A stretch of DNA of 40,667 nt from Chiloscyllium plagiosum. Taxonomy: Eukaryota. Location of the stretch: assembly GCF_004010195.1 (NCBI RefSeq), contig NW_025214241.1, positions 1 through 40,667 on the forward strand, read 5' to 3'. Each line of letters starts with the position of its first letter. Position 1 is the stretch's first letter. The notes beneath the pieces were generated by a model. The model worked only from the letters and a program-made list of their open reading frames with translations, did no database searches and was not told the DNA's origin. Positions 1 through 12,856 of the stretch are shown piece by piece. Position numbers and translations under genes: made by a program.

Positions 1-120
1 CGGGCATTGGATAGGCATATGGAGGATAGTGGGCTAGTGTAGGTTAGGTGGGCTTGGATCGGCGCAACATCGAGGGCCGAAGGGCCTGTACTGCGCTGTA
101 TTCTTCTATGTTCTATGTTC
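1..120 (+). mobile_element. 3' end of a CR1-like LINE with short tandem-repeat tail
   Basis: gggccgaagggcctgtactgcgctgta followed by (ttctatg)n; similar tails recur at ~7430-7470 and ~21030-21075. Confidence 0.65.
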
Positions 121-1727
121 ACCTTGCTTATTTGATCATTGCTTATTTTATCATTATCACATATTTTTCATTATAACCCAAATCTGCCAAAAGATTTCCT
201 TTTAGACTCAGTGTCAGCAATTCCCTCAGTTCACTCTGCTGCTCCAATCCTAATCATAGTTTCTGACACTAAGCTGCATTAATCTCTCCAACACAACTTC
301 ACTGCTCATTATAATATCCCCAAGTTCCCCATTTTCACCCAGACCTTTGATCCTTTCCTCCATCTGGAATGGTTTTTTGGGGTCTTCTTTCGTGCCTCTG
401 TCAATTCCTCATTCCCCGTTGGGATTTCCTCTGTTTCTGTCTCTGAGGGACCCATGTTTACTCTCATTAATTTCTTCCTTCTTCCATCCTTCACAAGCTT
501 TTACAATCTCATTCTATGTCTGTCCCTTATTTATTCTATCAGTTTACTTTTTCTTTATCAGTGATTCGGTGACCTTTCCGTGAATTCTAATAGCCACCCA
601 ATCTTCAGATTTACTATTCTCCTTGCTATTATAATAAATTCCTATGTCCTCACATCACTGGCTCAGTCACCAGAGACAATATTTATCCGTTCCTCCTGAA
701 ACCTCTCATCAGCTCTTAGGTTAGATTTTAACCTACCCTATTTCAGCAGCTTGTACTTAAATAGCACCTTCGAGATTGACAAAACGTTCTAAGGCACTGC
801 ATGGGAGGGATATAAAATGTAATTTGACCCCAGGCATCAGTTGAGAGATATCAGATAGATGACCAAAGGGTTGGTCAAACACTTGTGTTTAAAGAGAATC
901 TTAGAGGAGGAAGGGGTGGAGAGGTGGAAGGAGATTCCAAGTCCAAACATTTCCTACTTCATCATAACTGAAGTCCCTCATTTCTGGTCACCCTCCTTTG
1001 ATCCCTGCCTGTGATAGTCACCATTTCCCCAGGGTGCAGTGCCTTGAGCTGTATTTCCTACATCATTGACCTGCCTGTCTGACTGAGCAGCTGTCAGGTT
1101 CCAAACTCCCGATTGCCTCTACTAGTGTCTGTGTTCTGTTCCTGAAAGCTCAGCATCAACAGATCTGCCTCTCACAAACTGTCAGAAATCAAAAAGGGAT
1201 TATTTTAATGGCATGGGCTGGAGGGTCTTTCCCATTGCCCAGAAATGTATCACTTTATTGTCTAGATCCGAGGAAAGACAATTTGTGATTATTGTTCTTT
1301 ATTTTACTACCTGGTCATGGAATGTGGGCATCATCAGCTGGACTATTGTTCATAAGAAAAATGCCCTTGAAAAAGTGGGGCGATCGTCTTTTTGAACTGC
1401 TGCAGTCCTTAGGGTGCAGTTGAAACTATTAGGGAGAGACTTCCAGCATTTTAACTCAGTGATGATGCAGGAACAGTGATGTCATTCCAACTCAGGATGG
1501 TGTGTGAGTTATCGGGGGAACTTGCAGGTGATGGTGATCCCATACACAAGCTGCCCCTGTCCTTCCATGGGTTTAGAAGGGGCTGTTGAATGAGCCTGGA
1601 TGAATTGATGCAGTTGATCTTGTGATTGATATACACTGCTGCCATTGTGGATGTGTTGAATATTAATGGTGGTGGATAGGTGCCAAACAACCCAGCTGCT
1701 TTGTCCTGGATGGTGCCAAGCTTCATA

Positions 1728-2113
1728 AGGGAGTTATCTGAACACAAACTGGTGTCTCTCAGTCCTTTCTCTCTCAGGGAGATACCAGGACACTGGTATC
1801 TCTCAGACTCTTCTCTTTCAGGGAGATATCGGTACACTAACTGGTGCCTCTCAGTCCCCTCTCTCTCTCTCTCAGGGAGATATCTGTACACTAACTGGTG
1901 CCTCTCAGTCCCCTCTCTCTCTCTCAGGGAGATACCTGGACACTGACTGGTGTCTCTTAGTCACCCCCACCCCCTCTCAGGGAAATATCTGCAGCTGACC
2001 ATTGTCCCTCAGTTCCCCCTCCCTCTCTCTCAGGGAGATATCTGTACACAGACTGGTCTCTCTTAGTTCCCCCTCTCTCTCAGGGAGGTGTCTGTGCACT
2101 GACTGGTGTCTCT
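1728..2113. repeat. Imperfect tandem repeat, about 8 copies of a 45-55 bp unit, upstream of the V promoter
   Basis: Unit agggagatatctgtacactaactggtgcctctcagtcccc(tc)n visibly repeated with a variable (tc)n tract. Confidence 0.85.
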
Positions 2114-2323
2114 CACAGTTTGTTGTTCACAAGCTCTTTAATTTTGAAATAATGAACCAGGACAGAGTGTAACAGAATCTTTAACCTGATTATTGCTGTG
2201 GATCTGTTGCCTGTTGGAGAGAATTGAAATCTCTGCTGGAGGCGGGGACAGGAAGCTCTGTTTCTGGTTTCAGTGGGTGGAGCTGCTAGGGAAGTTGGTG
2301 AACCCTCACTCACTTCACTCCCC

Positions 2324-2331
2324 TATTTAAA
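2324..2331 (+). promoter_or_regulatory. TATA-like box of the VH promoter
   Basis: tatttaaa about 80 nt upstream of the leader ATG; Ets-like ggaag motifs at ~2251 and ~2290. Function inferred from position. Confidence 0.5.
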
Positions 2332-2411
2332 CAGCACTGACTCCAGCTCCAGACAAAGGTGCCCTGAAGCAGCCGGATCTCTGGAGTGTCTGACTCTGTC
2401 TCTGCTTCCAC

Positions 2412-2463
2412 ATGACGATGGGGATTACTCCTTATCTCTGTGTCCTCCTGCTCTGTCTGACAG
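2412..2463 (+). CDS. IgW: IgW heavy-chain leader exon (MTMGITPYLCVLLLCLT-G)
   Basis: Hydrophobic signal peptide; phase-1 donor G|gtgaga at 2464; splices in frame to V across a 122-nt intron. The ATG at 2418 is an alternative start. Confidence 0.9.
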
Positions 2464-2585
2464 GTGAGAGTTCCCAGGGCTTTCTCCCCACACAGTGAGG
2501 CTGCTTCTTCCCAGATTCTGGGACTCTCTGTTTATCTGACCGGCTTATTAAAGTGAGCTCTCTTCTGTTTCTCTGTTATTCACAG

Positions 2586-2886
2586 GTGTCCGCTCTCAGA
2601 TCGTGCTGACACAGCCTGAGTCAGTTGTGAAAAAGCCGGGGGAGTCTGTCAGACTGACCTGTACAGTGAGTGGGTTTAGCCTGGATGACTACTGGATGCA
2701 CTGGGTGAGACAGGTCCCTGGGAAAGGGCTGCAATGGTTACTTAATTACAAGCAAGGTCGCACCAGTAGCTACGCGCCTGGAATTCAAGGCAGATTCGTC
2801 CCTTCAAGAGGCTCCACCACAGTCGCCTACCTCGACATCAGCCAGTTGAGAGTGGATGACACTGCCATGTATTACTGTGCAAGAGA
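2586..2886 (+). CDS. IgW: VH gene segment, IgW-type, germline and open
   Basis: Acceptor cacag|; GVRS-QIVLTQPESVVKKPGESVRLTC...WVRQ...DTAMYYCAR with canonical Cys/Trp/Cys; followed directly by an RSS. Confidence 0.95.
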
Positions 2887-2925
2887 CACACTGAGAGCAA
2901 GTGGGGCTGGCCTGGTACAAAAACT
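2887..2925 (+). promoter_or_regulatory. V 3' recombination signal sequence, 23-bp spacer
   Basis: Heptamer cacactg 2887-2893, 23-nt spacer, nonamer acaaaaact 2917-2925. Confidence 0.93.
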
Positions 2926-3263
2926 CACTGAGAGAATCGACAGTCAGGGGAATCAGTGAAAAGGGAGGAACTATCACACACCACCCCTCAGCTACCAGCA
3001 CAGCTTCATTCCCATCCTGACTGTGTTGGGATCTGCTGGTCCTGGGAATGGGGAAATGGGATTATTCACTGCTGATTCCTGGCACTGGCGACATGATGGG
3101 AAAAGGAGTTCGGGACATGAACAAAGATCTCTCTGGACTGAAACAGGGGAGAGGGCAGTCCCTGGGCAGGGAGAATCAGAGCAGCATTGCTCACTTGGAG
3201 CAGTGTCAGTGCGATCGGGTTAAATGTGAAGTGACTGGACTCAGTGTCAGGCAAAGGGGAGGA

Positions 3264-3346
3264 GGTTCATGTACGGCTCCCTATCACAGTGTCTATATAC
3301 TGGGGTGGCACAGTGAGAGGGATGGGGGTCTCCCCATTCAAAAACC
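3264..3346 (+). other. D1 segment (coding 3292-3308, tctatatactggggtgg) with 5' 12-RSS and 3' 22-RSS
   Basis: ggttcatgt-12nt-cacagtg | D | cacagtg-22nt-tcaaaaacc; all three frames open (SIYWG / LYTGV / YILGW). Confidence 0.92.
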
Positions 3347-3663
3347 TGCCACTGGAAACCTATTTAAACTGCTCTCTCCGGGTGCTATCACTGGCTTTAC
3401 TTCCTGAGCTGTGGATATAAATCAGATCCAATTCAATAATCTGGGTGTGGGAACAACTTTCTGTGAAGATATCATTTGAAAGATGCAAAGAGCAGTGAGG
3501 AACAGAGAGAGGATGATGGAGAAAGAAAACTCCTTGTGGATTCCCCCAGCTTCCCATCCAGTCCTGGAAACCCCGGCATTGACTCCTGGAGCGTGGGAGA
3601 CACCCGGATACAGACTGGGGAGTTGTTTGGGACATTTGATTTCGGGCTGGATCCTGTAGCTGT

Positions 3664-3732
3664 GGTTTCTGAGCCCGGCTGAAACACTGTGATGGATATA
3701 CTACCACAGCAGCATAAAGCCTGACACAAACT
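3664..3732 (+). other. D2 segment (coding 3692-3704, atggatatactac) with 12-RSS on both sides
   Basis: ggtttctga-12nt-cactgtg | D | cacagca-12nt-acacaaact; all three frames open. Confidence 0.9.
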
Positions 3733-4057
3733 GCCCCACTCCTAATGACAGTGTGTATCCATGGATTTCACATTCCTGTTTCCCAGAGTGAAATATCTAA
3801 ACACTGACTGGGATTGTCAGGGAAAATGTCGATTCCTGGGAGAAAAGAAGAGAAAAAGGAGGCGATTCTTTTTATGGATAACTTGCAGGAGCTGGTGTAC
3901 CACAGACAGGAAAACTGTAAAAAACCCTCATTTATAGATACATTTGGGACAAGATCAGGATGGAATTTCAAATGAAAATACAGGAAGTTGCTGCTCCAGG
4001 TTAAAACACAGTTTATGTTTAATTCCCTGGGGATTATTATATATTGAGCTCAGGGTC

Positions 4058-4096
4058 AGTTATTGTATTGGGTGAATGAAGAGACAGAGCACAGTG
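4058..4096 (-). promoter_or_regulatory. J 5' recombination signal sequence, 23-bp spacer
   Basis: + strand reads agttattgt (4058-4066), 23 nt, cacagtg (4090-4096). Confidence 0.88.
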
Positions 4097-4146
4097 GTAT
4101 TATCTTGACTACTGGGGGAGCGGGACCTTCCTGGAAGTGACTTCAG
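4097..4146 (+). CDS. IgW: JH segment (YYLDYWGSGTFLEVTS)
   Basis: WGxG motif; phase-1 donor G|gtaaga at 4147; preceded by a 23-RSS. Confidence 0.95.
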
Positions 4147-6649
4147 GTAAGACAAACTTCCCAATTCTACTATTTTCTACAATTTATTGTATTTAATGTG
4201 TGTTTAGTGAATTTGATAATTCAGTAAAATCAGTGAGATATTTTGGACAATTACATGATTCCATCCCAGAGAGGTGAATTTCTGCAGAGTCAAGAATATA
4301 CCCAGTAACTGGAGCTGAAACCCGAGACTAGATTTATTCTCAATAGTTAACATTGAACCTCAGAAAACCTAATGAAGGTTCTGGGATCTGTTTAACATGC
4401 TCAGCTTGATCCAGATTACATTATTCAGGATACTTGCTGTATTGGGGTAGGTTCAATGATTTTCAACGGTTGGATATTTGGAGCCAGGTTGGGATTTTGT
4501 TATAATCGGAGTTAAAAGACAGGATCCAATTCTGTTGTGATGTAAAATTGGTGTTACAGTCTTTTACATTTTTGTTTTTTTATAGTTCATACCTTGTTGA
4601 ACAGTTTTAAAAGTGTTAAGTTCCAGATTTCACTTGATAATTTTGCAGAGAGAAATGATTTGGACAGAGTGAGATACAGGGATGAGTGTTTATTAAAAAT
4701 ACCTCATCCCAACAAATTTGCAGCATATTCCAGTGAGTTGTCCAGACAGACAGCAAACAGGCTGTGAGTGTGGAATGAAGTTGTGTCTGATTGAGACAGG
4801 ATTTAGGGTGTGCTTTGACATGAATGGTTTAATTATCTGTGAGATTTTAAGTCCTCTCTCACTCTGAAATCTCTAACTGGACCCATGCTGAACGGTTGAG
4901 AACAGAAGAGTTTCTGCTTGGTTGAAATCGTTCTTGGGCAATAATAGCATGGAATTGATTATTTTTAAATTCATGGATATCATATTTTTCTCTTCACTGT
5001 TGCGAAGTTTACAATCATTGGATTAAAACATTTGACAAGGAAACTTCACCCTAATATATAAACTGGACAGTGATTAAATCTCACCGTGAGTCTAAGTCCA
5101 AAGGGCAGGAATATGGTTTCTTATTACAGTGTCAGTGGAACAAGGTTATTGATATTCAGCCAGTTCTGACCACTGCTCCTTTTAGTGGAGACGGTCCCTC
5201 AGATGGAAGTGAGGCTTATGGGAAAGGAAAGGGATGATCCTTTTTCAGGGACAGGTTTATATCTACTCGAGATCAAGGAGCTTGAATTGATATTTCACAA
5301 CTTTCCTGCCGGGCAAGAGTTTTGTGAAGGAAACTGATTCTATCATTATTCCTGAGCACTATGATATTCTCCTGTGTGATTTTTACAATGAGTTTTCTTT
5401 GTTCTTTTAAAATGAATTTATTTTAATAACATTGTTAACTAAATTAACAGTAAGGACAATGATGATTTCAACATGTCCCCCTGAGGACATTTACCTAGAA
5501 AGATGAATTTTACAAAAAGCACACATTAAAGTTTCATTGCACCTCCTCTATCTCCCTGGATTCACTGGGAGAGAAATTCCTCCCGGGGAGTGAGACAAAA
5601 CGGGCAGTTTCCGACTTGCCACTCCTCCTGCCCAGCACCTGATCCTGAATTTCAGGGACTGACCTGGAATTGAATACCAGACACTGTGTGGAACAGGCAG
5701 GCGATCTGAATACCCCAGTTTTCCCTCACCTTCCCGGAAGGAATTTCTTGGCTGCAGTGTAGACCGTATGTGGGAACATCCCTGATCACAAACACTGAGT
5801 GAGGGGGCAGTTTAACTGGAGTGAAACACTGCAGTCTGTGTGATTCCCATTCTTCCTCCCCAGGAAAATACAAAACGCTGGAAAAATATTTCTTGTATTT
5901 GGGTAGCTTTAGGTGTGTTTCTGCAGTTGTCGTTGTTCAACCTCTTGTCTGAATTTACTCACTGGGTGCGCTCTACCTCCTTTCTCATCTTTATTTTTGT
6001 ATTCCACTACCTTTCCTTCCTTTGTTGTCAGTTCCTTCCCTTTCCTTTGGTCTCTATTTCTCTTCTTCTCCCGCTTTCACTCCGTGACCTTTACCTTTCT
6101 CCTCTCTCTCTCTCTCTGTGACCTACAATGCCAATAGAACAGTTCCCCCCCCCCCATCCCCCATCAATGGGGTTAAAGCTGGAACATTCTGGAAAGATGT
6201 TGAAAGGATCAGTTCAGTGTGAGGGGGTGAGGTCTGCAGTAGGATGTTGATGCTGGACTGTAATATACTGGATGAGGCCCAGTACACTGTATGGTGTGAG
6301 ATCCCGTCAGCATTGAACAGACATTTCAAATCTCTCAGCATTCATTATTGAGGATCTTGGAGCTTTTAATCTGATTGGCTCAGTGGTGGGGAAAAGCTGT
6401 TTAAAATTCTCAATGACACTGAGAAAGTGGATGGAGGATATAAGGGTAAAAGGGAATAAATTAAAAACAAACCTATCACTGACACAGTCCAGTCAGTCTG
6501 ATGGTGGAGCTGAGGAAATTTTTAGAGTTAGTAATTCAGGATAAAATTTAAAGCAACCTCATTTACTCAGGTATTCCTGTGATCTGTTATATTCTGGCTG
6601 AAAGGACAGAAGAATCAGATTCTATTGTAAAGATCAACATCAGATTAAT

Positions 6650-8580
6650 ATTGAAAGGAAAACATTTGACAGTGGGGGTAATAAATTAGACTTGGGGGAA
6701 TATACAAGTCTGGATGGAGAAACGGTGACTAGACAGAAGCAGAGAGTTGGAATGAATGGATCATTCTCAGGAAGGTGGGCTGTAACTGGTGGGGTACTAC
6801 AAGGGTCAATGCTAGTTCCACAAATGCTCAATTGAAAGGAAAACATTTGACAGCCCTCTGGGACAGTAACAGGGGGGTGGATCGAATGGTTTGTTCCACC
6901 AAAGAGCCACCATACACTGATACACGCAGCATAGACAGAGAGGTGCCAGTGGATGTGACATCTGGATTTTCAGAAAACCTTTGACAGCATTTCGGAAAGG
7001 CAAATCAGGGCAGGACTTATGCACTTAATGGTAAGGTCCTGGGGAGAGTTGCTGAACAAAGAGAGCTTGGGGCACAGGTTCATAGTTTGTTGAAAGTGGA
7101 GCTGCAGATATAGATAGGATAGTGAAGAAGGTGTTTGGTATGCTTTTCATTATTGGTGAAAACATCGAGTATAGAAGCTGAGAGGTCATGTTGCGGCTGT
7201 ACAGGACTTTGGTCAGGCCATTTGTGGAATATTGTGTGCAGTTGTGGTCTCCGCATATCGGAAGATTGTTGTGAAACTTGCAAGAGTTCAAAAAAGATTT
7301 ACAAGGATGTTGCCAGGGTTGGAGGATTTGAGCTATAGGGAAAGGCTGAATAGGCTGGGGCTGTTTTCCCCGGAGGATCAGAGACTAGATTAGTTTAGGA
7401 TATCTGGTCAGCATGAATGAGTTGGACCGAAGGGTCTGTCTCCGTGCTGTACATCTCTATGACTCTAAGTCCCAACAGTGGGGGTAATAAATTAGACTTG
7501 GGGGAACATACAAGTCTGGATGGAGAATCGGTGATTAGACTGAAGCAGAGAGTTGGAATGAATGGATCATTCTCAGGAAGGTGGGCTGTAACTGGTGGGG
7601 TACTACAAAGGTCAATGCTAGTTCCACAAATGCTCACAATCCATATAAATGACATGGATGTGGGGATCAATGTGAATATTTACAAATTTTCTGATGACAT
7701 CAAACTGACTGGGAACATGATTTGTGAGGAGGGTGCAAACAGGCTTCAGGAAGATTTGGACTGGCTCTGTGAATGGGCTAGAATTGAGCTTATGGAGCAT
7801 AATATAAAGAAGTCTGAAGTTATTCACTTTGACAGGAAGAATCAGAAAGTCTGATTTGGAAGTGCGAGTGTCCAAAGGGATCCGGGTGATCTTGTTCATG
7901 AGTCACTCAAACCTAGCAGGTGGGTGCCACAATTACTGAAGAAAGCAAACAGGATGTTGGTATTAATTACATGGGGATACGAGTACACAAGGAAAGGTGC
8001 CTTACTGCAGTTGTATAGGGCCTTGGTGAGACCACACCCAGAACATTGTGTACAGTTTTGGTCTCCTTATCCAAGAACAGATATACTTGCTGTACAGGCA
8101 GTGCAATGGTTGTTTACCAGACTAATCCCTGGCAGGGTTGTTTAATGAAGAGGGATTGAGGAAACTGTAGAAACTGTGTCTGTATTATTTGGAGTTTTGA
8201 AGAATGAGAGATGATCTGACTGAATATACAAAATTCTTACAGGGGCTGATGTGAACAAGATATTTCCCTTGGCTGCCGATTAGAGCTGGGAGAACCAAAA
8301 CTCTTAGGATGAGAGGCAGGCCATTTCCAATTGAGATGAGGAGGAACTACCTCTTTCAGAGGATGGTGAATCTTTTGGAACTCTCTACCCAGAGGGCTGT
8401 GGAAGTACAATCATTGATCAGGTTCAAGACAGAAATCAGTCTGGATTTGGAGACTGATGACATTACGGGAAATGGAGATAAAACAGGAGAATGGAATTGA
8501 GGGGATGGTCAGCCATGATCTAGAATGGCAGGTCAGGTTGAGAGGCTCAGTGGCCCACTCCTGTTCCTAAGTTCCTGTGT
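6650..8580 (+). mobile_element. Nested degenerate CR1-like LINE fragments (reverse transcriptase and 3' ends)
   Basis: Broken ORFs with CR1-type motifs GGVLQRSML, KFSDDIKL, LYRALVRPHPEHCVQFWSP; internal 3' tail at ~7430-7470. Confidence 0.8.
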
Positions 8581-8939
8581 GTGACTGACACACAATGAAA
8601 GGATTGACAGGCCACCGGGTGTCTTCTCTCTTGGATGGAGAAGACTGAGGGGTGACTAAATCAAGATCGTTAATGTTCTGAAAGGTTTTGATTAAATGGA
8701 GTAGAAGGCGAATGTTTCACCTTGAGGGGAAGATCTAAGACAGAGTAGACCATTCAGCCCATTGATTCAATGAGATCATGACTGATCTGATCATCCTCCA
8801 CTCCATTTTCCTGCCTTTTTCCACAATCCTAGATCCCCTTCGTGATTAAAAATCTGTCTATGCCAATATTGAATATACGTAATGACAGACCCTCAACAGT
8901 CCGTTGCAGGAAAACATTTCACAGATTCACTACCTTCTT

Positions 8940-9247
8940 GGCGGCATTGTGGCTCAGGGGTTAGCACTGCAGCCTCAGAGTGCCAGGGACCCGGGTTCGA
9001 TTTCATTCTTGGGCAACTGTCTGTGTGGAGTTTGCACACTCTCCCCATGTCTGCTTGGGTTTCCTCCATGTGCTCCGGTTTCCTTCCACAATCCAAAGAT
9101 TTGCAGGTCAGGTGGATTGGCAAATTGCCCATAGTATTGGGTGCATAGTAAGAGGGAAATGAGTCTGGGTGGGTTACTCTTCGGACGGTCGCTGTGCACT
9201 TGTTGGGTCAAATGGCCTGTTTCTACACTGTAGGGAATCTAATCTAT
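8940..9247 (+). mobile_element. tRNA-derived SINE, resembling the elasmobranch HE1 family
   Basis: A-box-like tggctcaggggtt, B-box-like ggttcgatt, core gtggagtttgcac..ctcccc..gtctgc.tgggtttcctcc, LINE-like tail ending in aatctaatct. Family name from recall, not a search. Confidence 0.75.
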
Positions 9248-12200
9248 GAGACGAAATTTCTCCTCATCACTGTCTTAAACAGCATCACTAGAGGCCATCA
9301 GTATAAGACTGTTCCCAAGGAATCCAATTGGAACCTCTTTAGTCAAAGAGTGGTGAGAATGTGAAATTGTTAAAGGATGGAGTCATTGAAGTGAAGAGTG
9401 GAGATGGATTTCAAGGGAAGCTAGACAAGGCCGTGAGGAGTAAAGGAATGGATGGTTATGATGGTTTAGATGAGGAAATATGACAGAACTGATTAGCATC
9501 CCATTCAACCCCCTCAACATCTGCTCCCTCTACCATCAATGCTTAGTGACAGCAGTGTGTACTATCTACTGCAACAACTCACTAAGGTTCCTTCAACAGC
9601 ACCTTCCAAACCCACAACCACCACCATCTAGAAGGACAACAGCAGCAAATACTTTGGAACATCTCCACCTACATGTTCCCTTCCAATCCACACAGCATCT
9701 TGACCTGGAGCTATATTATTGGATCTTTACTGTCACTGGCCTCAAATGCTGCAACACCTTTTTGAACATGCGTGGGTGTCCATATACTAAATGGTCAGCA
9801 GGGGTTCAAGAAACATCTCACCATCATGTTCTCCGGGGCAATTAGGGAGAGGTAGTTAATGCTGCCTCAGACAGTGACCCCTCACTCCAGGAATGAATAC
9901 AATAAAAGGAGGCTTGAGTGGACTAGAAATACCAGCATGGACCGGTTGGTCTGAATGGACACATCCTGTGCTGCATATTCTGTCTAGCTATCAAAGCTCC
10001 TTTATTATATTAGCCAGTACTCATTGTCATGTGTTCAAAGTAGGTGCGAAGGAAATAACTTGTATTTATATAGCAACTTCCATGAATTCAGGACATACAT
10101 GTGCAGCTTATAGCTTTTGAGTAGATTTGAAGTGCTGTCAGTTTTGGGAAGCAGTGAATACGTCATTAAACCAGGACCCCAAGACCAATAAGAAACTGAC
10201 CAGTTTATAATGATGATGGTTGGGTATAAATACTGAACGACATTTGAGGAGTCAGTTTAATGTCTGATCTAAAAGACCAGCCCCTCCAACAGTGTAGCAC
10301 TCCCTCAGTAATATCAACCTAGATTTGGTGTTCCAAGAATCAGCTTAAACCCCCAACCTTCAGGTTTAAAGTGAGACTGTGACCACTGAGCCACTGCTGA
10401 GTGAACAGCTATTGTCTGCTTTACACCAGGGCCAAAAGGGAACATTAACCAACTCAACTCCTCCAAAGAAAATAACCCGAGGCTGCTTAATCTACCCCCC
10501 ACCCCACCCCCACCACTCCCCACTTCATTTCCTAAAACTCTGAACCATCCTGGATCTGTTGCACCTTAAGCTGTCATAGACCAGAGAGTCCTTTGCCTCT
10601 GGCTGAGTCAGGATTACCCACAGACCTGACATGAGGTTTCACTGAGGATACACTGAGGGTGCATTTGGTCTTGGTTGTAGAACACATCAGGTTACAGTGA
10701 ATCATCTGTGTGTTTTACAGCTGCTCAGATTTTCAATCCCATTGAGTACAGTCGGAAAGAGGCCAGGGCAGATTGTAACCTGGGCGGAGATTCACTCTCA
10801 CCAGAATCACTCAAGGCCAGGTTCACCCCGAATACCATTTGATAAATTCCAGCTCTCTGCAGCCAATACAGTTACGCTCATCATTCTCCTCATTACTGCT
10901 GTACTTTAGCACAATGCTGACAGTCTCAGGAATTTATCAAAGTTATCCCCAGATCCATCTCCTGACCACCACTTCCCAACACTGTTTGATCCACTGATCC
11001 ATCATGAACTAGACTTACTGCCCACTGGTTGCAGGATGTGAAAGACTGTCACCTGGAAACGATATTGACTGATATGGTCCTGTCACCCACACTGAAAATG
11101 CTCAGCAGCTCCCTCAGCATCTGTGGAGGGAGAAATAGAATTAATACTCTATTAAGTGTTTTTACTCTGATTTCTAATACCTACAGCTGATTGATTTTGT
11201 TTCACTATTTTCTGAAAAAAGACGACCTGTTACAACTAGCCAGTGATGCCCTCATCCCGTGAATGAATAAGAAAACCTTCATTCCTTTTTATAATTCACA
11301 GCTTTCGGGTGTTTCTTTTGGAAAACAGTTTGGGAGAGAACCAATGTGCTATCTGTGATGCAATATGTGGTGAGTGTAGTGTGCTTGGGAGGACCATATC
11401 GCTTTGGACCTTGATGCTATCTTCCAGGATGGGAGCAGGTCACCTCAATTGTTCTTGGTCTTTTGTTACGGACTAGGATGTTCAACAATCCAAAGCCTTT
11501 CATGTCAATGATAAATAGCAAGATTTTGGAAGATCAGTAACTGAATATCCCTTTCATCAGCCAAGTTAAACCTGGAAACACATCAATAGATACCGTGTGT
11601 TTCCAGTCTGTCAATCCAGGACCATATTAAATGGTTCTGTCCTGTGAAACTTTCCTCTCGACACGGATTGGTTTGTAGCTGTTTTATAGAATCTGTTTCA
11701 CCAGTGGTTAGAAGTACATTTTGAATTTATAGCTTTGGTCCTGTCAGATTTAGCCTCAGTAATTTTGATGCAATATTGTACAGACACAACTTTCCTCTTC
11801 TGCCCTCAGTTCTCTCTCTGTAAATCACATACACTTTATGACCACTGTAACTTTCTTGGCAAACTGTCTAAATTGTGAAAAGGATATTTAACAATTTAGC
11901 TGTAAATGTTGACTGCTTTGTTTAATCATATCTTGTATTTGAAAACAAGGTTTCAACAATTTATTTATATCTTGCAAAGTAAATACATGATTATTCCACT
12001 AATCATTTGACAGCAAATATTGGGTTCCCTTTTCTTCACAGTTTTAAGCACCCACCTCCTTTCGCTTTATGCCTGTGTGTCATTGTTGATTGTCTTATTT
12101 TCACATATTCGTTCCTCACTTGCTCCGGTTTATCCTGACATTTGCTGTTTTTTCAGTCAGTGTTCCTGCTCTGCAGGACTCTTGTACGTTTTTGACTTTC

Positions 12201-12541
12201 TGCTGAAACTTTTTGCTTGTCCTGCCATTGGGAAACTGACCAAACTTGGTGCAAAGCTGGTTTCACATCCCACTTGACATCAGAGTTGATTGATGCTGAT
12301 AGTGAATAACTTTTTGATGAGAGTAAAATTTATATTCCACCCAATCCATTGTACTTGCCTCTCTCTGTTGCAGGTTAAAATTACTCACTGCTGTCCTTCA
12401 ATTTACCCTTCATTTCCTCCATGTTGTTTGTAACTCATTTAGGAATCGGCTGGTTTTATACATCAGAAAATCTCTTGAGCTCTGCCTGACCAAACTGCAT
12501 TTGTTGTTGCTCTAATCTGTGTGCAAATATTTATATTTCAG

Positions 12542-12856
12542 TTGCCCAGTCTGCACCATTGGTCTACATTCCCAATCCTTCCTGTGGCATGAACTCAAAC
12601 CAAGCTGAGATCAGCCTCCTCTGTCTGGTCAAGGACTTTCATCCCAGGAGTATTCGTCAGACATGGTCCAGTGACAGTGGGGTCATTACCACTGGAATCA
12701 GCAAGTATCCTGCAGTCCAGGGGAATGATAAGAAGTACACAATGAGCAGTGTGCTCAAAGTCTCTGCAGCGGATTGGAAAACCAATCGATTCTACTACTG
12801 CCAGGCAGGCTACAACTCAAACAACATGGTGGAATACCAATTTGAAACACCGAAAA
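12542..12856 (+). CDS. IgW: IgW constant exon CH1a (C1-set domain with extra N-terminal Cys)
   Basis: Acceptor tttcag|; [16 protein letters not shown]...[12 protein letters not shown]...W...YYCQAG; donor A|gttagt; 315 nt, phase 1-1. Confidence 0.92.

Noticed and set aside
2491-2497. Perfect cacagtg heptamer in the leader intron
   Set aside because: No nonamer-like sequence at 12 or 23 nt spacing.
2586-4146. Assignment as IgNAR, IgM or TCR
   Set aside because: The V has a full FR2/CDR2 (WVRQ..GKGLQW) and only two D segments, unlike IgNAR. The J has WGxG. CH1-type exons and Cys-rich separate tail exons fit IgW rather than the 4-domain IgM.
5840-6137. Hydrophobic ORFs that could be a transmembrane exon (also 347-583 and 12020-12277)
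   Set aside because: Low-complexity pyrimidine-rich DNA giving Leu/Phe/Ser; no Ig TM (CART) motif, and positioned upstream of the C exons.
4147-12541. Classical switch region or additional J segments in the J-C intron
   Set aside because: No AGCT- or G-rich tandem array and no second RSS plus WGxG segment were seen; the intron is mostly unique AT-rich DNA and retroelement debris.
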